A DNA stretch of 39,142 bases from Octopus bimaculoides (GCF_001194135.2 NC_068985.1:109239238-109278379), one strand, 5' to 3'. Shown: positions 22,343-36,245, counted from the stretch's first letter. Numbers and translations are program-made. Notes: a model not told the origin generated them from the letters alone.

Positions 22343-24116
22343 TATTTTTAAGAGCCGAGTATAAATATTTAGCCTGGTTACATTCCTCTTCTCTGTATTT
22401 ATGAAAGGAAGAATACGGTTGAAGCATATTTAAATTTATCTTCTACCATAGTATTTGCGTGCGAGGTTTGCTTTGCTGGTGATGATGCCTACCTCATATA
22501 TAATTGTTGTACGTACAATATACTCTTGTTTCATAACTTCTTAAAAGGAAATCCACAAGTAATTCTGTATGTACAGTTCGCCTAATTAGGTATTGAGTTG
22601 CTGTTATTTCGTCATTTTTTTTTGTCTTTGGCATATTAGTTGCACAGCTGTCAATTAGTAAAGAGTTCCCTCTATGGGTGGTTGACTGGGAAACATTTAT
22701 GAAAAGTCTAGGAAATTTATTAACAATACTGGACTCAACAACTTGGGAAAATTATGAAGGAAAACATTATATATATTTTCTGTAATATCAAAAAATTCAT
22801 TTTAGCATATATATAGAATATATATATATATATATGATGTTTTTGCAGACGATTGCTTCATATTAGTCATTAAATATATTTTAATCTCAGCTAAGCATGC
22901 GTCTCTCTCTACGTGTGCATGTGTGTGCATGTGTGCGCATGTGTGTGCACGTATGTGTTTGTGCGTGTAGTAAAATTGATCGTAGATTATTGATATTGGA
23001 ATGACAAGTCTAAACCAGCGCAGAAAACTAACAGCAGCATATTTTAATATCAGTATATTTTTACAATACCATGGTATTATCTATCATTATTGCAATATTT
23101 AATTCATTCATAATAACTCGGCATTAAATCTATACATCAGTTGAAATAAAAGTCACATAATGAAATTATCATCAGAATCGCCAGCAATTCGGAGAACTTC
23201 TTTTATATTTTCTTTAAATTCTATGTTCTATAATAAGTCTGAGTTAGTGCAAATCATTGAAATTCCGCTCATATAATGTTTAATTTTTGTGGTTTGATGT
23301 AAATCGAGTAGTTCAGTGATATCACCATATCTCTAAATGCAATTATCTCTAAACTGCTTCAGGAGATTTGGAGACGACAAACGTTGCTGGTGAGTGACAT
23401 ACATCCTCTTCATGATATGAACGATTAATTCTCCGTTCTTTATAAAACCTTATCAATATGTATCAATGAAAGAAGTTTCTCTGTCTTCAATTAGACTACA
23501 GCTTTCATATTATTCACAAAGTGTGTTATTTATATATAAGTTTAAAACATTTAGTTAATAATAATGTTATGTAAAAAAAAAAGAGAAAAAGTAACGAGAT
23601 ATACATTCAATCATAGAGTGGAATCTGTCTACTACCTCCGGCGGTCATTTTCTGTCTCTAACTTTAAAGTTAACTTGTAACTGTTTGGAATTTCATCAAC
23701 TTAACTGAGGATGCTGCCTAGATCAGATTTGATAAATTGCTTCCAGTATCTTCTAGTATTAGAAATCTATATCTGCAAAGATTCTGGGGCAGGCTGGCAC
23801 TGCATAGTACCAAATCTCCCGCTTTTGCTGTCTGGAGTTACGGCCAGAAACTGATCCACGTTGTGTGAATGTGGACGTGTTTTTGGAGACAAGTAGGCAT
23901 GCTATTATTTCGGAGACAAGATGACTGTATTTTGCGGTAAGTATTGAAAATGAAAGCAACGTCAAGCTCGGACATTGACCAAACGTTTGCCAAATAATTA
24001 AGGTTACTAAAAGATTATCCACAACAATGGTGGTGCCCCAGAATTGTCACCGATCGCAGACTGAAAAGACTAAAAAGGTAAAGCTGTAAAAGTTTGTGCG
24101 TGCGAACGTATGTGTG

Positions 24117-24159
24117 TGAGAAAGCTCTCATTCCAGAATCTGGAATGAGAGCTTTCTCA
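24117..24159. repeat. Perfect 43-bp palindrome
   Basis: tgagaaagctctcattccaga-a-tctggaatgagagctttctca. Confidence 0.95.
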
Positions 24160-25643
24160 GAGTCGCAGGAAGGGATTGAATAAATTCAGATCGCCATATA
24201 AGGAATATTATTTTGCTACTAGTTATTTTATAATTACTAGTTATTAGTACCTAATATTATTACTTAAAGAAAACACACTGACTTTATTCATCAAGATATA
24301 TAAAAACTATAAATTTATATTGCGTTGTTGTACATTTATTTCGACTACTTCTCGGAAGACGGAGATAAGTCGATAATATACCCAGTCATGATTCGAAATC
24401 TCAAGGATTTTTATACTTTCACTATGATTTTGCAACAAATTTATCAATAGTTTATGAATTACTTACTACATCAGATAATCTATATGTGTTTAACAGTGTC
24501 TGCATACGTATCACCGTTGTCGGACGCTTCAGTATAGTTAAATTAACATGCTTGTTTCTACAGTATTCAAGACGAATCTAATTTCTTTCACTGAACATTC
24601 CACAATAGCTCAGTTTACTTAGTTCCTTAGCAGTGGGTACGTATAATATGGAAATATTAACCAACAAGAAATATTCTTCCTTTCCATGATGAAATTTATC
24701 TTTTTCTTGCTTAAAACATTAAATCGGAGTCACGTATCTAATTTGCATCCTATCTGATTATGTTGGTGAGTTATTTACATGTAGTCAATTTGTTCAGTAT
24801 ATTGGTTTGAAATAAAAATGGCAAGCTGACTCCATAGATTATTTTCATAAGAATTCTCTAAAGACTTTATCGAGAGACATCGATAGGCTATCTGTCTTCG
24901 ACTCAATTACGATATTTTCCAATTCCTTTCCGATGTTATATTGCAATTCCCGTTTTTATAGGTTTTCTATAATTTCTATAAATCTATATTTTTCATAAAT
25001 CCTCGTTTTATGCAGATAGCAAGTTTAGCATGCCGCCCGATTTAACATAACTATCTTGTGTTTTTTTGAATTTTTATTGGAAGTGATTCTCCGATAAACA
25101 TTCGAGTTTCGACCTCTGTTCATGCTTTCTCTATGAACAGTGATCGATTGCTGCTCAAACAAGACGTTAACAACAGCAATCTCTCCCATCTTCGTGGAAC
25201 TAAAGGGATCAAGGACAATACACTTCATCTTTCCTTGACAAGCATTCACAAATCTTTCGCCAGTATTTTATTGCAATTTCCATATTTATATGATTTCAAT
25301 AATTTGAAGCCCTAAATTTTACGTAAATCCTCACTTTTATTTATTTATTTGTTTTTGTTGCAAAGTGTAAGATGAGTTTGACGCCTGTAATCTAGTGTTT
25401 CTTTGTCTTAAACTAGAATTGATTCTCCGGAAAATATATCAGTTTCCATCATTGCACGTGTTTGAACGACTGTTGTTCCAGAGACATTGTCAGCAGAAGT
25501 CACCCCAATTTCCATGGTCCTGCGGAGCTCAGAGCCAATCAATTCATCTTCACTTGACAAACTTGTAACAAATATTTAATTCAATTCCCAACAATTTGCG
25601 ATATTTATATATATCATATGTATTTGCTGTATATTTACATGCA

Positions 25644-26770
25644 CAGGGCGAATCAGTTTTGGGGGACACCTCTTTCAAGAGGTCTAACTTTCCTCTTATT
25701 TTTCTGTTATCTTCCGTTTCAGATAAATAATTTCAGACGTCAAATGTAAAAAAAAAAAAAACACGCTGTAATCGTAGCCTTAAAAGCAACGTAGTGAGAT
25801 ACAGAGATAGCTCACTTTCTGAAAGTTGCCTGATACTTTGTTGTCAAAGTTCGAAAGGGAACGATAGCTGCCAACGAGGAACCAGCATCAACAGCTAAAC
25901 GGTACACAGGCCCCTAATACCAGCAAAACGCATAACTATGTACAACAAGTTCAAAAAATGTGGAAAGAGCTTCAGCATTTCAGAATACACTATCAGAAAA
26001 GTTGTGCATGAAGACATCCATTACAAGTTGTAAGTGATGCGGAGGAATCAATTCATACCGGATGTGACAAGATGATCGTTCGATCCGTGCAAAGCGCTTG
26101 CTAAACAAGTTAAAACACCAATAGCCTGGAATGCTTTAGGGTTTTTCCTATGCGAAAAACCTTCGATCAGGACCAAAATAAAGCGAAGGAACGACAGTTG
26201 GTTATACCAGCAACTGTGATGGTTCTGTGACTCATAGGCAACGCATAAAATATCATGCTTCCTCTCTTTTTATCTTAAAATCAATGGCGTTGTCTACACA
26301 GAGATTTTGTTGGAGAAAATTGTGAGGCCATGGATAGAGAACGCAACGGAAGAGCATACTGCATCCAACAAAGCTTTGCGCCATCTCATAAGTCTCGAGC
26401 AACCCAAGTATGGATGCATGGAAATCTCCATGATCATGTTCTGCTAGACACATGGACTCCTTAGCTCATCAGACCTAAACACGTTGGACTATTGCGTGTA
26501 GGGAGTAGTCAAGAGAGAGATCAATCAACATCCTCATAACACCATACAATTTTTCAAGTGTGACATAACCAGTACTATCTCTAAAATTAATAAAGATAAT
26601 CTGATTCTGGCATATCAATGCTTCCAACCTCATAATGAAGCATTTATTGATGCTAAAGGTATATTCATTGAATAGATGTGATCAAATGGTTCGCGAGGTT
26701 ATTTGTTCCAATTTCTTTCCAAATCCATCAGTTCTTTTTCTAAATTCATACAAAACACTAACGCACCCTG
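25644..26770 (+). mobile_element. Tc1/mariner (maT/DD37D-like) transposon relic
   Basis: Broken frames: IRKVVHEDIHYKL*VMRRNQF; EKIVRPWIENA; CIQQSFAPSHKSRATQVWMHGNLHDHV; SSSDLNTLDYCV*GVVKREINQHPHNT...EAFIDAKGIFIE*. Degenerate termini cagggcg... / ...cgcaccctg. Confidence 0.85.
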
Positions 26771-27480
26771 TGTCTAGCCGCACGTGTTACTTTTTTCTTA
26801 CAACAGTATTTTATTTATTCATATTATTTGTAAGTAATTATGTTATGGTAAATTTTTATTTGTAAAACTGAAAATTTGCTATCTAATTTAATGCAAGCTA
26901 AGTAGAAAATATTTTATGGCAAATTTATGTTAATACGTTTAAGACGATCTTTTTGTAAATATTATTCTCTAAAATTTGTAACCCATAAACTATATTAATA
27001 TGTTTTGATAAATGAGAGTTTGAAATTGTCTGAAATGTTTCTATTGAATTCATTAGAAACTTTATTAAAATTCTACTTGATATCAGGAATATATACTCAA
27101 GCAGTTATAAGCTTTGGCCTACAGTTTGGTTCGTTATTTGAAAGAGCAAAATACACATTAAAATGTCTTGCCATTTTAATATCATTCCAACAGTACCATA
27201 TACATCTCTTTAACAACTTGCTCATGTCACTTCACGTACTAGCACTATCTGTGGGATTCAAAGATATTCAAATATTAACGTATACAATTAGGTCATATCT
27301 CTCTCCGTCTGTTTTTCTCTTCCTTTCTCCCTTTCTCTTTCTCCCTCTCTCTGCAGTCGAATAGTATTTATTTGTCAATTTATGAATCATTTTGACAACT
27401 TGTATCGAAGTCTGTAGCACATTGAGTTTTCTCATAAGCGAATAGAGTTGTTGGCTAATACGTTCATAGAAATAGCAAGT

Positions 27481-27700
27481 ATTGATTTCAAATTTGGGCA
27501 CAAGGAGAGCGATTTCGAGGGAGGCTGTTAAGTCGATTACATCAACCCCAATACTCAACAGGTACTTATTTTATCGACCCAGAAAGGAGGAAAGGCGAAG
27601 TCAACCTCGGCGGAATTTGAACTCAGAACAAAGAGACGGACGAAATGCTGCTAAGGATTTTGTCCGTCCGTCCGTCCGTCACGCTGACGATTCTGCCATA
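27481..27700 (-). mobile_element. SINE family A
   Basis: ggtacttattttatcgacccagaaaggaggaaaggcgaagtcaacctcggcggaatttgaactcagaac core. Confidence 0.88.
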
Positions 27701-28376
27701 CTGGGTCGCATGACGATTCTCAAGTTTACACAAAAAAAAACCATGAAACGCAATAAAATAACTGGACATTAGTTTATCTTAGGCATTTTGGAAAAGAGAC
27801 AACATAGGGAATATAACAGGAACAAATGGGTTATGATTTAATTATTTGGAGCATAAGAGTTTATTGTGAATACAACACGCACATATTAGACAATCAAGAC
27901 ACAACAATAAACATTGAGCTATAAATAATTATAATTCTCAAACATGCTTCTTATTGTTGCAGTTATTTTGATGATAGCATCCATTACAGTGTTGGTCGAG
28001 TGCGGAATCCCACTAGCAGTAAACAACACAACTCCTTCGTTTTAAATTCAACAAAAATGGTGAAATAGCCAACACATATTCAAAGATGAACTCCATGACT
28101 TCCCTTTCTTCAGAAACTACTCATCTAAAGGTATCAATGAATACCATTAATTAAGCCTCGTGTCAGTCAACGGTGGTTTTCTTATATTACACATGACTCA
28201 GCTGATATAGTCATTGTTTTTAGCTCAACACCAGACAATTATATAATTAGGAGGACTAATAAAATCCAATGTATATTCTTAAAATATACTCCTACTCAAA
28301 AGAGAAATATTCAGTTCCTCTCTGAAATGCCTATCGACCATTTTCCCATTTCCATCTTTAAAAAAATTTTTTAAAT

Positions 28377-28394
28377 TTTATTTCACATTTTATT
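28377..28394 (-). terminator. Two candidate AATAAA polyadenylation signals for the S-crystallin mRNA
   Basis: TTTATT on the + strand at 28389-28394 and 28377-28382, 27-39 nt after the stop codon, followed by a T-rich tract on the - strand. Confidence 0.6.
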
Positions 28395-28420
28395 TCAGTT
28401 ATTTAGTCGGTTCTTTGTAA

Positions 28421-28585
28421 TTAGAACTCCGTCATTCCTCGTCTGGTCAGGTAAGGAGCAATGGTATGGTGACTCATCACTCTGTTCCTCAATGCCTGAA
28501 GTTTAGGGTAACAGTTTAAAAGCGCCGGGTTTTCTCTCATAGGGTTCTCCAGGGCACAGAAACACATCATATCGGCCATAGTCAT
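28421..28585 (-). CDS. S-crystallin terminal coding exon, 165 nt including TAA
   Basis: Acceptor ttttattttacag|ATG ACT. Encodes [54 protein letters not shown]. Confidence 0.96.
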   Translation of the reverse strand: MTMADMMCFCALENPMRENPALLNCYPKLQALRNRVMSHHTIAPYLTRRGMTEF

Positions 28586-28934
28586 CTGTAAAATAAAATT
28601 TAAAAATAAACAGAAAGAAACGAAATAATAATCACGATTTATAAGGTATTACTCTCGTACGAACCCATGAGATTGCATGAGATTAATAAGAACAGTTGAG
28701 TAAATAAATCCTAATTTCATCTTTGATGCCCTTTATCTTCTATGATTTGCTTGTTTCAGTCTTTAAATTTTGACCATACTGGAGCACCACATTTTAAGGC
28801 TTAATCGAACAAATCGATCCCAGTACTTTTATATTAAGTCTGGTACTTATGCTGTTTATTATTTTTTTGTCGAAACGTTAAGTTATATGGAAGTAAACAA
28901 ACCAACACAATGGCATGCATACACATACACGCAC

Positions 28935-28988
<54 letters not shown>

Positions 28989-29432
28989 NNNNNNNNNNNN
29001 NNNNNNNNNNNNNNNNNNNNNNNNNNNNNNNNNNNNNNNNNNNNNNNNNNNNNNNNNNNNNNNNNNNNNNNNNNNNNNNNNNNNNNNNNNNNNNNNNNNN
29101 NNNNNNNNNNNNNNNNNNNNNNNNNNNNNNNNNNNNNNNNNNNNNNNNNNNNNNNNNNNNNNNNNNNNNNNNNNNNNNNNNNNNNNNNNNNNNNNNNNNN
29201 NNNNNNNNNNNNNNNNNNNNNNNNNNNNNNNNNNNNNNNNNNNNNNNNNNNNNNNNNNNNNNNNNNNNNNNNNNNNNNNNNNNNNNNNNNNNNNNNNNNN
29301 NNNNNNNNNNNNNNNNNNNNNNNNNNNNNNNNNNNNNNNNNNNNNNNNNNNNNNNNNNNNNNNNNNNNNNNNNNNNNNNNNNNNNNNNNNNNNNNNNNNN
29401 NNNNNNNNNNNNNNNNNNNNNNNNNNNNNNNN

Positions 29433-29477
<45 letters not shown>

Positions 29478-32400
29478 ATGAACCTCTACACAGCTTTCGC
29501 CTACCAAGTTCACTCATAAGGCAATGGTCGGCCTGAGACAAACGTAGGAAACACTCACACAAAGTGCCGTTCACTTTGTGTGACTGAACCCAAGACCGTG
29601 GGTCGACAAAAAGAGGTTTTTAACCACACAGCCATACTTGATATTTAAACACAGTGTAACAATTTGAGAAACTTCTAACATTGATATTCATAATCAGCGA
29701 CATTATAGTTCTTCTATTTCTGTATACAAAGATTATTCATAGGTTTACAAACTCACTAGATTGTATTTAGCTGACGAGGTCTTATATGACAGAAAAATAT
29801 CCATTGCGTTGGCCAGATTGCTTTAAAGACCAGATCCGCTTCAAACTAGTTTATCTCAGTCATTCAAAGACTTCAGTTGTCTGATCTTCATGGAGTTATT
29901 TCACAGCTTTTTTCCCCTTGGATATTCAACGCTCCAAGGGGAGGATTCTTTTTCTACTGTCGTTTTGAATAATTCCAAGGGATGGAAATTATTCTTTTTT
30001 CCGTAATACATATGTGAATGCCTACTGTAATTGCATTCAGTACATAGAACACTTCACTGAGGTACTTCACTTCTGCTATATTCTTATATACACTTATATA
30101 AATCATCTGCCCCAGAAAACTGGAAGACAAAGTTGGTCTGAAACGAATTTGAACTGAAAACATGAAAGATGGGTGGAACATTTAGGATATTTAGGCAAAC
30201 TATTTGTGATATTATCCTGACGATGCTGCTGCTGCTGATGATGATGATAGGATTAATGTGGTGGTAGTGATAGTGGTTGTAATGATGAATGATGATGACG
30301 ATAATAAAGATGATGAGGATGATGGTAGTGATGGTGATCATGTTGATGCTAGTATTGATGTTCATGATGCAGAGAAGGTGGTGGATGAGTAGTGGGTGAA
30401 AGAGGGGAGATTATAGACCGAAGATATATCTAATGTTTGTAATATTAGTGCCAGTTCGAATTGAACTCTTCACCCTATTACACGCAGAAAGGCATTCTAT
30501 ATAACAATATTGACATATATTACAATAGCAGAATCACGAACAATAACAGTAAACATTATTACAATAACAACAAAATCAACAAGAATTTATTACAATAAAT
30601 GCTGCCTGAATTTACATCCGTGGAGCATAACTGATAACAAAACGAAAGTATAGACGATAAGAAGTTGTATAATAACGGGATAAATAAATGAAATAGGAAC
30701 CATTGAGATGAAGTGAAGTGTAGTGAAGTGAGTTACCTTCTCTCCCATAAAGAAAAGGTTGCCGCCATCATATTTCTGCAGAGTCTCTTCCATAAACGGT
30801 AGGATACGTTCACAGGTGGTTTCGAACCGTAAGGTTTTCGCGCGCTGTCAATCGGAAAGAGAAAATATGTAAATAATATCATCATTCTCTTCGTTGTCGT
30901 TGATGTTGCCGTCCTCGTCGTCTTCATCATCATCATCTTCATCATCATCTTCATCAATTTCATTACCAGAACTCGAACGATCAATCAATCAATCAGTCAA
31001 TCAAATTGAAGAAGAATAACAAAAAATAGTCATAAAAACAAGTACAACGAGAAGAAGACGAAGAACAACAACGACAACGATAAAGCTAACACCAAGGAAT
31101 CGAAACAATTAGAAGTGTTAAAAGAAAACATTCAAAACTCCAGAAATAATTCTTAAACGCCATTATGATCGAAAGTAATGGAAAACATGGTGTTGTTATG
31201 GAGACGATCACCCTGCTGGCCGCCATTATCGTGTAAAAAAAAAATAAGAACAACAACAAAAACAACAGTAATAATATCAACAACAATGGTGACCTCCCAA
31301 TATCCACCTTTTCACACTGTTTCTCTGAAAATAATAGCTAGAAAATATAAAAGATTAATATGGTGAAAAATTGCATCTGCTTGAAGCATGAAAATATATG
31401 TATTTCAAACATAGGCTCAATGCCAGCCATATTTATATGAGGAGAATATAGTGTAAGTTGTACATTACATTATATTATACATGAATAACGGTACACTACA
31501 TCGTAACATATTTGAATAGAATATTACATTGTAACTTACTGTATTGATTCTACCACAATGAAATTGTATCACCAAAATAATATTAGTAAATTATTTTGCT
31601 TCTGTCTATTGAAGCCCAGAGACGACGTGTTTCAACATATGGCCCTGTGACATCGTTGCAGCATGTCCACTAACTCAGATACATCAGCCTCGTACATTTC
31701 TATTTCTTTTATCATCCCTGACCTGTCTCACTGAACATTTATTAATTGCTTCTTCACAAAGCATTACTTCCTCGTACTCTTTTACTCTTTTAATTGTTTC
31801 AGTCATTTGACTCTGGCCATGCTGGAGCACCGCCTTTAGTCGAGCAAATCGACCCCAGGACTTATTCTTTGGAAGCCTAGTACTTATTCTATCGGTCTCT
31901 TTTGCCGAACCGCTATGTTACGGGGACGTAGACACACCAGTATCGGTTGTCAAGCAATGTTGGGGGGACAAACCCAGACACACATACATATATATATACA
32001 TATATACGACGGGCTCCTTTCAGTTTTCCGTCTACCAAATCCACTCATAAGGCTTTGGTCGGCCCAAGGCTATAGTAGAAGACACTTGCCCAAAGTGCCA
32101 CGCAGTGGGAATGAACCCAGAACCATGTGGTTGGTAAGCTAGCTACTTACCACACAGCCACTCCTGCACCTATGAATAACAATTCTTCACTATAATCCGT
32201 ACGTTTAGTACAGCTTTTTTGTTTTTTAGAGGCGTTTAGAAACAGTTGTTAAAACTGATCATGAATGAGTGTGTGGGTGGATGCGTGTAACATTTGATTA
32301 GGAGGGGAGGAGGGCTCCCAACATGTGATATAAGAACTTACCGCAACATTTGGATCAGAATCTTTCTTGAACTGAAAGAAAAAGAAATCATTTTAATAAC

Positions 32401-32928
32401 AAACAGAATCTTAACAAATATCAATAATATTTGTATGTATATTTCAAATTCCGGGGTTGTTTTGCTGCTTTTCACGAACATAATTAACATCATGATAATA
32501 AATTATTTTCTCATCGCTAATATTGTAATTTTTTATTACTTAAAACTCATTGCCCCATTTCACTGTCTACGTTAGCACCCACTTCAAGATCAAGACCATA
32601 TTTTATACTCAGTATTTAGTCACCACTTACCAAGTGCACATACGTACCAAGTCTTTAACATGATCATACCATATTTGTCTTCAGAGACAGTCTATCTAAA
32701 GATATATGCTTTAGATGGAGTCTTTCTTTACCTGATTTTCTTCTAAGACCTTGCCATGTACTTTGGGCAAGATTTGGTTAATATCTTAAAAGCTCAAACT
32801 AATATGCAGACGCTCAATGTTGGCACAGTTAAGTCACATGCACCCAACGGTGCATGTGAATGACATATGCGCTTTGAACTTCCTGCAATTTTGTTCAAAT
32901 ATTGTATATTGTATACACAGACAGACAA

Positions 32929-32979
<51 letters not shown>

Positions 32980-33018
32980 NNNNNNNNNNATACATACATA
33001 ATACAAACATATACACAC

Positions 33019-33055
<37 letters not shown>

Positions 33056-33640
33056 CGATGGGCTTCTTTCAGTTTCCGTCTAACAATTCGACTCACAAGC
33101 TTTGGTCGGCCCGACACTATTGTAGAAGACACTTACCCAGTCGGACTGAACTCGGAAGCATGTGGTTCTTAAGCAAGATACTTTACCACACAGCCACACC
33201 TACGCTTACAGAGATGTGATTTATCGTATTATTTTGAAAAATTACAATGATGGATAAATATTCAGCCTGGTTTCTCTCGTAAGTTAAAAAATACAATCAC
33301 TTTTGTAAACAATAACAAAATCTATAAAACAATTACCACAATTGCGCCGGAACTGTCTTGATACATCCTCATGTAATCGTCCATAATTTCGTTGAAACAA
33401 TCTGAAATAAGCTCAACTCTAGCCATCTCCATATTTGTGTTGCCATGGAAACCTTAAATGAACAGTTAGAAAATGTAAAAATATAGATTCTAAAGATTGA
33501 GATATTTTATCACTACAAACGTTGATTTTCTGACTTTTAAGCATATACTCCAGAAAATTAATAGAGAAGTGCAGAGCAGTTAATGTTCCTGACAATGTGC
33601 AGTTACCGATGGTAACTGCATATTAGTTCGAGCTTTTAAA

Positions 33641-33676
<36 letters not shown>

Positions 33677-34418
33677 NNNNNNNNNNNNNNNNNNNNNNNN
33701 NNNNNNNNNNNNNNNNNNNNNNNNNNNNNNNNNNNNNNNNNNNNNNNNNNNNNNNNNNNNNNNNNNNNNNNNNNNNNNNNNNNNNNNNNNNNNNNNNNNN
33801 NNNNNNNNNNNNNNNNNNNNNNNNNNNNNNNNNNNNNNNNNNNNNNNNNNNNNNNNNNNNNNNNNNNNNNNNNNNNNNNNNNNNNNNNNNNNNNNNNNNN
33901 NNNNNNNNNNNNNNNNNNNNNNNNNNNNNNNNNNNNNNNNNNNNNNNNNNNNNNNNNNNNNNNNNNNNNNNNNNNNNNNNNNNNNNNNNNNNNNNNNNNN
34001 NNNNNNNNNNNNNNNNNNNNNNNNNNNNNNNNNNNNNNNNNNNNNNNNNNNNNNNNNNNNNNNNNNNNNNNNNNNNNNNNNNNNNNNNNNNNNNNNNNNN
34101 NNNNNNNNNNNNNNNNNNNNNNNNNNNNNNNNNNNNNNNNNNNNNNNNNNNNNNNNNNNNNNNNNNNNNNNNNNNNNNNNNNNNNNNNNNNNNNNNNNNN
34201 NNNNNNNNNNNNNNNNNNNNNNNNNNNNNNNNNNNNNNNNNNNNNNNNNNNNNNNNNNNNNNNNNNNNNNNNNNNNNNNNNNNNNNNNNNNNNNNNNNNN
34301 NNNNNNNNNNNNNNNNNNNNNNNNNNNNNNNNNNNNNNNNNNNNNNNNNNNNNNNNNNNNNNNNNNNNNNNNNNNNNNNNNNNNNNNNNNNNNNNNNNNN
34401 NNNNNNNNNNNNNNNNNN

Positions 34419-34454
<36 letters not shown>

Positions 34455-36120
34455 GTTTATGAGTTTATTTTGGAAGTTTCCTGATGGGAAATTCTGTGTT
34501 GAAACAGATATTGTTAAATCATTATGCCCACTTTTGTTTCTTGCCAAATTAACACACGCACTATATATTTGTTCCCAACTCGTTTATTTTGGGCCTTATT
34601 TTATCTTATTTCCATTATCTGGAAATCTGTCTGCACACACTTGTGACCTCGTCGGTAACTCTTCTATCCTACGTGTTTCCTCTATTCGAAGGTGGGTATC
34701 GTTAACTATGCATGTGTTTGCCTCTGTATCTGGGCGTGTATGTGTGCGTGACTATGGCTTCTATGGGTTCTCATTTCTTTGTCCTCGGGATTATGTAAGT
34801 AAGTATGTAAGTAAGTATGTATGTATGTATGTATGTATGTATGTATGTATGTATGTATGTGTGTAACAGAAAAGTTACAGAATACAAATTATTGATATTT
34901 TGAAGAGTACAAGTGAAGGCTCTGAAATATAGATAATTAGTATGCTGTCATTTTTTCAAATTCATTTGCTTACAGACAGATAACAAGCCTGTTCCTTCCC
35001 TTCATAACCATATCAAATTTGGGGGATTCTTGGATTTTGAGATTACCTTCCCTTCTCAAGTAAACTTGGTCTGAGTTGCAATTTTGTAATACTGATACAT
35101 TCTCAAGAGGCGGAAATATTTTGAATGAATGAAGAATTTATGTTGTATGGTATTTAATACACCTGAATTTGCCTGTAGTTCATATATATGCCACTGACCA
35201 ATCTAAGTTGTTTCTCTCAGCTCATTTTTTGTTTACCAAGATCATATATGTGTTTTACTCTTTTTGCGTGACTCTAACTCCCTTAGCTACTGATGACATG
35301 TTATTGAAGATGTTTATTGATGTAGGTAATAATCCTGTCCTTTAACTTAATGCTGTGTTAACATTGTAGAGTCCTTCATTCTTGAGATTGCTGCACCTTC
35401 TCAAATGGAGTTATTCTTCATTGCCATTTACCAAATATGATACATTCTCTAGGGCGTATATATTTTGAATACATCAAATATCTAAATAGCACTGTAATTT
35501 ATACAACTGTATTTTTCCTGTTATTGATATATATGTAACTGAACGTGCTGAGTTATTTCCCTTATCTCATTTTAGTTAACTTTAATTACACACCCATCTA
35601 CTTAGTAATCTGTATGTATTGTATTCGGATATTAAACTTTAGAAATGAGAGGAGATTAAAATCAATAATCCATCACATATTGAGCGGCTTCGCTATCGAT
35701 TAAAATACAATGAGATTGTGTTTAGTTCTTTAGCAAATGAGAAATATTTAAAAAAAATAATTGTTTAATCTCTGGATAAAAAAATAATAATAATCTCAAT
35801 AACGATTACGTTTGTTTCTAAATACCAAGATGAGAATATGTTGATATCATTTTGTCGATGATGACAAAATAATACTAATACTAATAATAATAGTTTAAAA
35901 ATTTAGCGCAAGGACACAAACCTCGGCGGCAGGGGTAAGTCGATTACAACGACCCCAGTACTCACCTGGTACTTATTTTATCGACACCGAAATGATGAAA
36001 GTTGAAATCAACCGCGGTGGAGTTTGAACTCAGAACATAAAGACGGACGAAAAACCGCTACACATTTTGTCCGGTTGTTAACGTTTCTGCAAGCTCACCG
36101 CTTTAGCACCACCATCACCT

Positions 36121-36151
<31 letters not shown>

Positions 36152-36177
36152 GACTACCACTACTACTACTACTGCTG

Positions 36178-36245
<68 letters not shown>

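Noticed and set aside
23380-23470. HIMKRMY on the minus strand resembling IMDDYMRMY
   Set aside because: Too short, with no matching splice sites or flanking similarity.
9726-28200. AP-1 heptamers TGAGTCA (9726-9732) and TGACTCA (28194-28200); AP-1 sites are reported in squid crystallin promoters
   Set aside because: A few 7-mers are expected by chance in 39 kb, and neither lies at the gene's 5' end.
32732-32749. Alternative 18-nt phase-0 loop exon (VLEENQ, donor gtaaag)
   Set aside because: The acceptor lacks a polypyrimidine tract; the 32342-32371 exon has much better sites and the expected length.
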